Positions 17,860 to 26,240 of a DNA stretch of 64,000 nucleotides are shown here, piece by piece. The stretch lies in the NCBI GenBank assembly GCA_018334675.1, contig JAGXLL010000003.1, forward strand, positions 37,050 through 101,049, given 5' to 3'. The notes under the pieces were generated by a model, which saw nothing but the letters and a program-made list of their open reading frames with translations, was not told the origin of the DNA and did not search any database. The position numbers were made by a program, and so were the translations under genes. Positions within the stretch are counted from its first letter, which is position 1. Every line of letters starts with the position of its first letter. The stretch is from Bacteroidales bacterium. Lineage in GTDB: Bacteria; Bacteroidota; Bacteroidia; Bacteroidales; UBA12077.

Positions 17860-18852
17860 ATGGAACAAAGAAAATCCGATCATATCAACCTGGCACTGCA
17901 AACACAAACATCGGGCATAGAAAAAGACACCCGTTTTGCCTATGAACCCATGCTCCATGCCCATCCTTCAGATGAACTTCCACAAATACCCATTGGCAAT
18001 AAAAAGCTCAGGGCTCCATTATGGATATCAAGTATGACCGGAGGCACCAAGATGGCAGGTATGATAAACCGCAATCTGGCCACCCTGGCCGGTGAATTCG
18101 GGTTTGGCATGGGTTTGGGCTCTTGTCATGTGCTTTTGAGGAATGAAAAGCATTTGCCCGACTTTGATCTGAGGCATATAATCGGAGATGACCAGCCTTT
18201 TTATGCCAACATGGGCATCGCTCAGATAGAACAACTCCTCGGCAAGGGCGATGTGAAAACGATCCGGGATCTGGTTGGGCTTTTAAAGACAGACGGGTTG
18301 ATTGTCCATGTCAATCCCCTGCAGGAATGGCTGCAACCTGAAGGCGACCGCATCCAGCATCCCCCGGTCGAAATCATCAGCGAATTGGTAAGACAGGTGG
18401 ATGTCCCCATCATTGTCAAAGAGGTAGGTCAAGGCATGGGCAAGGAGAGCCTGCGGGCCCTTCTGGATCTGCCGCTGGCCGGAATCGAATTCGGAGCTTT
18501 CGGTGGAACCAATTTTGCCAAACTGGAGCTTCTGCGTGATGAAAGCGGCCGTAAAGGCCTGCTGGAACCCTTATCCTATATCGGAGAAACAGCCGGTGAC
18601 ATGACACGGCACATCAACCAGCTTATCGACGAAGGAGCTTCTGTCAAACCACAGAGCCTGATCATCTCGGGAGGGATAAAAAATTTTCTCGACGGATACC
18701 ACCTGATCAACACCAGCCAGCTTCCTGCTGCCTATGGAATGGCTTCCACCTTTTTGAAATATGCACGGGAAGATTATCAAACCCTGAAAAGATTTACCCA
18801 GGGACAACTGGAAGGATTAAAAGTGGCCTATGCCTATTTAAGAGTACTGTAA
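17860..18852 (+). CDS. fni: Type 2 isopentenyl-diphosphate delta-isomerase (FMN-dependent)
   Basis: 330 aa. RKSDHINLAL..., SSMTGGT and the overall TIM-barrel-type pattern are typical of Idi-2. It is adjacent to mevalonate-pathway genes. Confidence 0.8.
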   Translation: MEQRKSDHINLALQTQTSGIEKDTRFAYEPMLHAHPSDELPQIPIGNKKLRAPLWISSMTGGTKMAGMINRNLATLAGEFGFGMGLGSCHVLLRNEKHLPDFDLRHIIGDDQPFYANMGIAQIEQLLGKGDVKTIRDLVGLLKTDGLIVHVNPLQEWLQPEGDRIQHPPVEIISELVRQVDVPIIVKEVGQGMGKESLRALLDLPLAGIEFGAFGGTNFAKLELLRDESGRKGLLEPLSYIGETAGDMTRHINQLIDEGASVKPQSLIISGGIKNFLDGYHLINTSQLPAAYGMASTFLKYAREDYQTLKRFTQGQLEGLKVAYAYLRVL

Positions 18853-18864
18853 CCTCAAAAGATC

Positions 18865-20169
18865 ATGAAAAAAAACAACTATTTAGAAGGATTCAGCAAA
18901 ATGAGCAGGGAACAGAAGCTCTCCACCATGGCCCGGCTCGCGGATGATCCCCAATCATTCACTAAGGAACTGAAAAGCTTTCGCTACGCTGACGACCCTA
19001 TTCAACAGCGCTTTGAGCAATTCAGCGAGAATATCCTGTCCAATTATCACCTGCCTTTTGGCATTGCTCCCAATTTCCTGATTGATGGCAAACTTTACCA
19101 CATCCCCATGGTAACCGAAGAGAGTTCCGTAATTGCAGCCGCCTCCAAGGCAGCCAAATTCTGGTATAAACATGGGGGGATCCAAACCGAGAAAATATCC
19201 ACCCGCAAAAGGGGCCATATCCATTTCAGCTGGTATGGCACACCGGGTGAATTGGAGAAGCTTTACAAGGAATTTGAAAAAAAACTGCCCTCCTATATCT
19301 CCGAATTAACGGGCAACATGGAAAAAAGAGGCGGAGGTATTACAGAGGTATGGTTATCCGATCAGCATGAGGAGCTGCCGGATTACTACCAGATTGGCCT
19401 GTCCTTTGAAACGGTGGATTCCATGGGCGCCAATTTCATCAACTCTGTGCTGGAAAAAGCAGCAGAATTGCTGAAAACAGAGAGTGAAAAGGATCATCCC
19501 GGTAAGCTGGAGGTGATCATGGCTATCCTGTCCAATTATACCCCGGGTTCTTATGTTCAGATGAAAGCAGAATGTGCGGTGGAAGCGTTGAACGAGTTGG
19601 ACGGGAACACAAACGGAGCCGAACTGGCCGAGAAGTTCCATAAAGCCATTGAAATAGCTGATCACAGTGTCTCCAGAGCTGTAACCAACAACAAAGGGAT
19701 CATGAATGGAGTGGATGCAGTGGTAATAGCCACCGGCAATGATTTTAGAGCCATTGAGGCCGGTGTGCATGCCTATTCTGTTGACCGGGGAAGAACCACT
19801 TCGCTTTCCCAATGTGAGGTGAATGGAGGTGTTTTCACGTTCCGCCTGAGGATCCCCCTGGCATTGGGGACAGTTGGCGGGTTGACCAACCTGCATCCGT
19901 TGGCATCAAGAGCACTGGAAATCCTTGGAAAACCTTCAGCCAAAGAGCTCATGAGAATTGCCGGGGCCGTGGGCCTGGCCAGTAACTTCAGTGCCCTGCA
20001 TTCACTCATTACAACCGGCATTCAAAAAGGCCATATGAAACTGCATCTTGAAAACATTCTCATGGCTCTTGATGTTGATGAAACCATGAAGGAGAAGATA
20101 AAAGCCCGCTTCAAAAACCAATCTGTTTCCTATTCACAAGTAAAAGCTTTTATTGAAGGAGAATTATGA
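18865..20169 (+). CDS. Class II hydroxymethylglutaryl-CoA reductase
   Basis: 434 aa with EESSVIAAAS, DSMGANFIN, LGTVGG and a C-terminal KGHMKLH, which are class II HMGR hallmarks. Confidence 0.85.
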   Translation: MKKNNYLEGFSKMSREQKLSTMARLADDPQSFTKELKSFRYADDPIQQRFEQFSENILSNYHLPFGIAPNFLIDGKLYHIPMVTEESSVIAAASKAAKFWYKHGGIQTEKISTRKRGHIHFSWYGTPGELEKLYKEFEKKLPSYISELTGNMEKRGGGITEVWLSDQHEELPDYYQIGLSFETVDSMGANFINSVLEKAAELLKTESEKDHPGKLEVIMAILSNYTPGSYVQMKAECAVEALNELDGNTNGAELAEKFHKAIEIADHSVSRAVTNNKGIMNGVDAVVIATGNDFRAIEAGVHAYSVDRGRTTSLSQCEVNGGVFTFRLRIPLALGTVGGLTNLHPLASRALEILGKPSAKELMRIAGAVGLASNFSALHSLITTGIQKGHMKLHLENILMALDVDETMKEKIKARFKNQSVSYSQVKAFIEGEL

Positions 20170-21098
20170 TCCGCCAATACCATTCCAACGGAAAACTCTT
20201 ACTTACAGGAGAATACCTTGTGCTCAAAGGAGCCGAAGCCCTTGCCCTTCCCCTTAAGAAGGGTCAAACACTAAGGGTTAAGCCCTTGGAGGATCAGAAC
20301 CGGCTTATATGGAGAAGCATATATGAGGGGCAAATATTTTTCCAGGCGGTTTTCTCTATCGATGATTTCCGTATATTACAAACCAACAACCAGGAGCGGG
20401 CCGGCTTTTTGCAAAAACTTCTGCAAAGAGCCCTGAGCTACATTCCATCTTTTATAAGAAAAACCGGTTATTTCATTGAGACCTTCCTGAGTTTCCCTTT
20501 GGAATGGGGATTGGGCAGCAGTTCCACCCTCATATCCAACCTGGCCCAGTGGCTGGATATCAATCCATTTGAACTGAACCAGGATATCACAAGGGGCTCG
20601 GGATACGACATCGCCTGTGCGCGCAGCAACGGCCCGATCTTATACCAATACTCAAATATTGCTCCTCAATATCGGGAAATCGATCTCTCCCTGCCTTTCC
20701 AGGACTACATCTATTTTGTATATACCGGGAAAAAACAGAGATCAGCAAAAGAAGTACAGCGTTTCCTGACCCAACCCGAATCGCATGAACACCTTTTCAG
20801 TCAGGTAGATGAGATCAACGAACAGATCATAAACAGCAGCCAGCTTACCGATTTCGAACAAGCCCTGCGCGATCATGAAGCCATTCTTTCGCGGGTGCTT
20901 GATGCTCCCACCATTCAACAAAAATATTTTAAGGACTTTCCCGGAACCATCAAGTCATTAGGAGCCTGGGGCGGGGACTTTATTCTGGTCACCTGGACCG
21001 AAACCCGCTCACAATTAAAAGATTATTTTAATGCCCATGACATGGATGTCATTTTTTCCTGGAATGAACTGATAAAAGACAAGAAACATGCTGGATAA
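20166..21098 (+). CDS. GYDIA-type GHMP-family kinase (candidate phosphomevalonate kinase analogue)
   Basis: 310 aa with the GHMP motif WGLGSSSTLISNLA and the eponymous GSGYDIACA. The start overlaps the HMGR stop (ATGA at 20166-20169), and the 3' end overlaps the next gene by 11 nt. Confidence 0.7.
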   Translation: MIRQYHSNGKLLLTGEYLVLKGAEALALPLKKGQTLRVKPLEDQNRLIWRSIYEGQIFFQAVFSIDDFRILQTNNQERAGFLQKLLQRALSYIPSFIRKTGYFIETFLSFPLEWGLGSSSTLISNLAQWLDINPFELNQDITRGSGYDIACARSNGPILYQYSNIAPQYREIDLSLPFQDYIYFVYTGKKQRSAKEVQRFLTQPESHEHLFSQVDEINEQIINSSQLTDFEQALRDHEAILSRVLDAPTIQQKYFKDFPGTIKSLGAWGGDFILVTWTETRSQLKDYFNAHDMDVIFSWNELIKDKKHAG

Positions 21099-22188
21099 AA
21101 AGTACAGAGATGAGGCAATAGCAATAAGCAAACACGATCTTTCCAGCCTTCCCCGGACTGTAGGATGGGAATCCCCTTCCAATATTGCCCTGGTAAAATA
21201 CTGGGGCAAGAAGGGCTTTCAGGAACCCATCAACCCCTCAATTAGCATGACCCTGAGCAACATGCATACTCAAACCCGGATCCATTACGCCCGGGCCAGG
21301 AATGATCAAGGCAGGATGTGGCTGAGGTTCAACGGCATGGATAACCATCCCTTCGGGCAACGCATACAAAAATACATAAACTCGCTTGCTACGTATTTTC
21401 CCTTTCTTAAAAAACTGGACCTGCATATCGATACCCGCAACAGCTTCCCCCATTCTGCCGGTATGGCCTCATCGGCTTCAGCAATGAGTTCGCTTGCCCT
21501 TGCCATATGCTCCATTGAGCAGGGTTTACGGGAAGACCCCCTTACCACGGAACATTTCTCTCAAAAAGCTTCCTACATGGCCCGGTTGGGCTCGGGAAGT
21601 GCAGCCCGGTCGATATACGGCAATTATGTTGAGTGGGGACAGCACGCATACGGATCCGACGAGTTCGCACACCCCTATGCCAAAAAGATCCGGGAACCCC
21701 TGTCCTTTTTACATGATTCGGTTTTGATCACATCCACCGAACCCAAAAAAATGAAAAGTTCGTCTGGCCATGAGTTGATGGATCAGCATCCTTACCGACA
21801 AGCCAGGATAGGACAGGCATTGAGCAACATGGAGAAGATCAGCCGCTCACTAAGAGATGGGGATTTTCACTCCTTCAGTGAGGTGGCCGAAGAAGAAGCC
21901 CTCAGCCTGCATGCCCTGATGCTGGCGTCCAGACCGGGTTATACCCTCCTCAGGCAAGCCACCATCGAAATCATTGATGAGTTGAGGTCTTTCCGTCAAG
22001 AAACAGGAGCCGAGGTTACTTTCACACTGGATGCCGGACCCAATGTCCACGTGCTCTATCCCACCCGGGAAAAGGAGAGAATCAGGGAGTGGATGAATCA
22101 AAAGCTTAAACCCCTGTGTGAACATGGTAAGATGCTCCATGATTTTACCGGGACCGGACCGGAAAGACTTCATAATGGCCCCAGCTGA
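21088..22188 (+). CDS. mvaD: Diphosphomevalonate decarboxylase
   Basis: 366 aa with SPSNIALVKYWGKK and HSAGMASSASA, which are typical MVD motifs. Confidence 0.85.
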   Translation: MLDKKYRDEAIAISKHDLSSLPRTVGWESPSNIALVKYWGKKGFQEPINPSISMTLSNMHTQTRIHYARARNDQGRMWLRFNGMDNHPFGQRIQKYINSLATYFPFLKKLDLHIDTRNSFPHSAGMASSASAMSSLALAICSIEQGLREDPLTTEHFSQKASYMARLGSGSAARSIYGNYVEWGQHAYGSDEFAHPYAKKIREPLSFLHDSVLITSTEPKKMKSSSGHELMDQHPYRQARIGQALSNMEKISRSLRDGDFHSFSEVAEEEALSLHALMLASRPGYTLLRQATIEIIDELRSFRQETGAEVTFTLDAGPNVHVLYPTREKERIREWMNQKLKPLCEHGKMLHDFTGTGPERLHNGPS

Positions 22189-22271
22189 TGCCATAGATTA
22201 ACAAATTCTTACCGACAGCTAACGTAATATCATTATATAAAAGCAAAGATGAAACGACAAAACAAAGAGGA

Positions 22272-23240
22272 ATGAGCAAAGAGTTCAATAACAATAAAAT
22301 ATACTATGCCAAGATCATGTTATTCGGGGAGTATTCGGTAATCAAGAATAGCATGGCCCTTACTGTTCCCTACAGACATTTCAATGGTGAACTGAGGTTC
22401 ATTCACCGCGACAACTATACAGACTATGATTTCGCCCAGCGATCCAATCTGAACCTTTATAATTTGCTGGGTTATATCAAGGAAGTGTCCGGTCAGAACA
22501 GGCTGCTCAGCGCTTTTGACCTGGATGCCTTTGCCGGTGATCTTAAGCATGGTCTGTATTTTGAAAGCTCCATCCCCGAAGGCTATGGTGTGGGGAGTTC
22601 CGGAGCCTTAATTGCCGCCATATACAACCGATATGTAAAGGACCGCCCCGATCCCACCACACTGGACAGCAAAGGCATGGCATCGCTTAAAAATAAACTT
22701 GCCCAGCTCGAATCCTTTTACCATGGCACCAGTTCCGGCATCGACCCCTTAAACGCTTATATGAAACATCCCCTTTTATTCAGCGGCAAAGGAGAAGTAG
22801 ATAAAGCCAGCATTCACCTGCCGGCCAAAAACCCTGAGTTTGCTGTATTCCTGCTTAACACAGGATTAAAAAGAGAAACAGGTCCCCTGGTCAATATTTT
22901 TCTTGAGAGAGCAAAAAACAAGGAAGCGGGAGGCGTAGATGCAGAACACCTGATCGGGCTGACCAATCAGGCCATTCATTCGATCATGAAGGGAGCAAAC
23001 GGAGATTTTTTTCAATCGCTGCAAGGGCTTTCCAATTATCAGTTCAGACATTTTGAGCCTATGATCCCCCAGGGATACCGTCATCTCTGGAAAGAAGGCA
23101 TAGATAACAACCATTATTACCTGAAACTTTGCGGATCGGGAGGCGGTGGCTTTCTGCTGGGATTTACCGATGACTTCCCCGGGGTCAGGCATAAGCTGGG
23201 GAAGAAGGGGCTGGAGCTTATACCTGTTTACATGCCTTAA
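22272..23240 (+). CDS. mvk: Mevalonate kinase (GHMP family)
   Basis: 322 aa with the N-terminal KIMLFGEYSV and GHMP motif PEGYGVGSSGALIAAI. The context is the mevalonate block. Confidence 0.75.
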   Translation: MSKEFNNNKIYYAKIMLFGEYSVIKNSMALTVPYRHFNGELRFIHRDNYTDYDFAQRSNLNLYNLLGYIKEVSGQNRLLSAFDLDAFAGDLKHGLYFESSIPEGYGVGSSGALIAAIYNRYVKDRPDPTTLDSKGMASLKNKLAQLESFYHGTSSGIDPLNAYMKHPLLFSGKGEVDKASIHLPAKNPEFAVFLLNTGLKRETGPLVNIFLERAKNKEAGGVDAEHLIGLTNQAIHSIMKGANGDFFQSLQGLSNYQFRHFEPMIPQGYRHLWKEGIDNNHYYLKLCGSGGGGFLLGFTDDFPGVRHKLGKKGLELIPVYMP

Positions 23241-23327
23241 TGGTATGAGCCAGGCTTTTTCAATTGGCCGAAATGAAATGATCAAGAGATAAAAAAATCA
23301 CACATAGCCACACAAACATTATTTTAA

Positions 23328-23335
23328 TACATTTG
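23328..23335 (+). promoter_or_regulatory. Bacteroidota-type -7 box candidate (TACATTTG)
   Basis: Exact TAnnTTTG match in the 193-nt gap, about 99 nt upstream of ATG 23434. Low information content, so the support is positional only. Confidence 0.25.
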
Positions 23336-23433
23336 TTGGTATTTTATAAACCATTATTTTTACAAAAACTTTGAGGCTCCTGAAGCTTAAAAGGGAGCCA
23401 TTTTAAATCCTCATACGAAAAAACATCCGAATC

Positions 23434-24372
23434 ATGAGAAACACAGAAAAATTGAAGTTATGGCTGGCTGAGATGCGAGCCCCTTTTCTTATTCTGGCCG
23501 TATTACTGGTTGCCATAGGTTTGGCATTTGGTTGGAAATATCATCCGGAAGGAACCACCTTCAATCCCTTGCATGCCTTTCTTTTATTAGTAGGGGTGGT
23601 ATCCTCACATATCTCAGTCAACCTGTTCAACGAATATTCCGACAACAAGACCAAGATAGATCACAATACAAAAAGAACGCCTTTCAGCGGAGGAAGTGGT
23701 GTTCTAAGCTCTGGTAAGCTAAGCGAGCGCAGTGTTTTGCAGGCCGCAGTGGGAACATTGACTTTGGCCCTGGCCATAGGCATCTATTTTGCCGTTACAA
23801 TACATTGGATCATCTTGTTGCTGGCCGGCATCGGTGCTTTCAGCATCCTTTTCTACACCACAGTACTGACAAAGTTCCAGCTTGGCGAGCTTTTTTCGGG
23901 TCTGGCCCTCGGCACTTTTGTGGTGTTGGGTTCCTATGTTGTGATGACCGGAAGCCCGGAAATGGCCATAAAAGATCTCTTCCCGTTGGATGTCATTTTA
24001 ATGTCCATACCACCGGGTATTCTAACAGCTCTGTTGCTCCTGATCAATGAATTCCCGGATGTGGAAGCAGATAAGATGGGAGGAAGAAAGCACCTTGTGA
24101 TATGGCTGGGTCGGAAGAAAGCGGCATATGTATACACTTTAGGAATGGTGGCTTCTTTTGGCGTGATTATCGGAGCGGCGCTTTTCAATATAGTCACTCC
24201 CTGGTTTATGCTGGCCCTGCTACCCATGCCCCTGGCCTATAAGGCATCGCTGGGTGCCATACGTTACGGACATGACATGCCCAAACTTGTCCCGGCACTG
24301 GGCATGAACGTGCTTACCGTTTTGGGTACAGATTTGTTCATTGCAGTGGCAGTGATGATGGAAACCCTATAG
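23434..24372 (+). CDS. UbiA-family aromatic prenyltransferase (MenA-like)
   Basis: 312 aa, polytopic. First Asp-rich motif NEYSDNKTKID and second NEFPDVEADKMGGRKHL, as in UbiA/MenA enzymes. Confidence 0.7.
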   Translation: MRNTEKLKLWLAEMRAPFLILAVLLVAIGLAFGWKYHPEGTTFNPLHAFLLLVGVVSSHISVNLFNEYSDNKTKIDHNTKRTPFSGGSGVLSSGKLSERSVLQAAVGTLTLALAIGIYFAVTIHWIILLLAGIGAFSILFYTTVLTKFQLGELFSGLALGTFVVLGSYVVMTGSPEMAIKDLFPLDVILMSIPPGILTALLLLINEFPDVEADKMGGRKHLVIWLGRKKAAYVYTLGMVASFGVIIGAALFNIVTPWFMLALLPMPLAYKASLGAIRYGHDMPKLVPALGMNVLTVLGTDLFIAVAVMMETL

Positions 24373-24627
24373 ATAGGTCCTTACGGTTTACTGCTCTTCG
24401 CATAGAGTTTTATCCCGTCTTTGGACAGGATGAAAGCCTTCTTTTGAAGTATTTAGAAGAACAGGGAAACCTAAAGTGTTGCATTTCGAAAAACAACATG
24501 CTATAGCGTACTGTGAAATTCTCAGGTTTAAATTGCCTAAAAGATTTGTTTAATTCCACAATAATCTATTTTTTTGTCTTTTTAAGTTTCCCGAATATTA
24601 AATAAGTTCCCTATAACAGATCAGTTT

Positions 24628-25713
24628 ATGCAAGCGAATTACCAAACGGTTATAACAGGCTCTGGCCGATGCATACCCAATAATATTGTAAAGAATTCCG
24701 ACTTCATCAACAACGAATTCTACGATGAATCAGGGGTTAAGATGGATAAACCCAACGAAGAGATCATCCAGAAATTTAAGGAGATCACCGGCATTGAAGA
24801 GCGCAGGTATCTGGAAGACCATCAGGTTAATTCGGATCTTGCCTTTAATGCAGGGAAAGTGGCCATTGAAGATGCCGGGATCGACCCCGAAGAGCTCGAT
24901 TATATTATTGTGGCGCATAATTTTGGAGATGTAAAGAAATCAACTGGAAGTGTGGACACCATTCCCAGCGTTGCATCGCGAGTCAAACACCAACTGGGTA
25001 TTAACAATCCCGAGGCCATTGCCTACGACATCATATTTGGTTGTCCTGGTTGGATACAGGGACTGATCCAGGCCAACTATTACATCAAATCGGGTGATGC
25101 CTCCAAGATCCTTGTCATTGGCACAGAAGCCCTTTCCAGGGTATCCGATCCGCACGACCGGGATGGGATGATATTCGCCGATGGTGCGGGAGCAACGATT
25201 CTGGAGGCCAAAACCAGTGAACAGCCGGCAGGTATACTCTCCCATGCCGCTCGCTCAGATGCGCTCAATGAAGCTTATCTGATGTGGATGGAACGATCCA
25301 ATAACCCCAATTATCCTGGCGATGAGATCTTTATCAAGATGAATGGCAGAAAGCAATTCGAATACGCCCTGAACACCGTTCCACCTTTGCTGAAAAAGGC
25401 CGTGGAAAAATCGGGTGTGGATATAACAAAGATCAAAAAGGTACTGATCCATCAAGCCAACGAAAAGATGGACAATGCCATGCTCAAGAATTTTTTCAAA
25501 CTGTATGGCATCCGTGACATTCCCAAAGACATCATGCCCATGACCATCTCGAAATTGGGCAACAACTCAGTGGGTACCATACCTGTGATGCTGGATATGA
25601 TCCTGCGCGGAGAAATGGAAAACCAACACATAGGTCCGGGCGATCACTTTGTATTTGTATCGGTGGGGGCAGGTATGAACATCAATGCCATCGTCTACAA
25701 GATGCCTGAATAG
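24628..25713 (+). CDS. 3-oxoacyl-ACP synthase III (KAS III / FabH-like) family protein
   Basis: 361 aa thiolase-fold protein with an active-site Cys in IIFGCPGW, His in LIHQAN and Asn region GNNSVGTIP (Cys-His-Asn triad pattern). Confidence 0.7.
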   Translation: MQANYQTVITGSGRCIPNNIVKNSDFINNEFYDESGVKMDKPNEEIIQKFKEITGIEERRYLEDHQVNSDLAFNAGKVAIEDAGIDPEELDYIIVAHNFGDVKKSTGSVDTIPSVASRVKHQLGINNPEAIAYDIIFGCPGWIQGLIQANYYIKSGDASKILVIGTEALSRVSDPHDRDGMIFADGAGATILEAKTSEQPAGILSHAARSDALNEAYLMWMERSNNPNYPGDEIFIKMNGRKQFEYALNTVPPLLKKAVEKSGVDITKIKKVLIHQANEKMDNAMLKNFFKLYGIRDIPKDIMPMTISKLGNNSVGTIPVMLDMILRGEMENQHIGPGDHFVFVSVGAGMNINAIVYKMPE

Positions 25714-25720
25714 AACAAGG

Positions 25721-26236
25721 TCAAAGCTCGATCAGGAACCGCCTTACATAGAGGCGGGTTCTGCGGTCATAGGTCCTTTCCAGGAATTTACCTCCATTTT
25801 TCTCAATGATCCTGACGGAAGCCGTATTCTTTTCATCACAGGTGATCTTCAAACGTTCCAGTTTCAGATCTCTGGCCCTTTGCAGTCCCAGGCTCAGCAT
25901 AAGGGTTCCCAGGCCCCTGCCACGAAAGGAGGGCCGGATGTCATAGCCTACATTGCCATATACCGGTAGGCTCTCATAACGAATACGCAGGTTGCCGTAT
26001 ATGTTTCCATCCTCATCGGCCAGCCAGTAGGTGGAGTAAGGTACTTCATGGTATGGAAGTTCCTTGCCATCACGGTGCTGGCCAAGCTTCCGTATATACT
26101 GTTGAAAGTCCTTCAGGGCCGGGCGGTAAAGGTTGATGTAGATGGCCTCCCGGTACTCTATGTAATCCCTGACCAGGTCCTGAAAACCTTGACGGTACCC
26201 GGGGAGGGGTTCGGTTAAAAAAAGCTGCTGTTCCAT
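25721..26236 (-). CDS. GNAT-family N-acetyltransferase
   Basis: 171 aa with acetyl-CoA binding motif A, RPSFRGRGLGTLML. It converges on the KAS III gene with a 7-nt gap. Confidence 0.7.
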   Translation of the reverse strand: MEQQLFLTEPLPGYRQGFQDLVRDYIEYREAIYINLYRPALKDFQQYIRKLGQHRDGKELPYHEVPYSTYWLADEDGNIYGNLRIRYESLPVYGNVGYDIRPSFRGRGLGTLMLSLGLQRARDLKLERLKITCDEKNTASVRIIEKNGGKFLERTYDRRTRLYVRRFLIEL

Positions 26237-26240
26237 GTTT

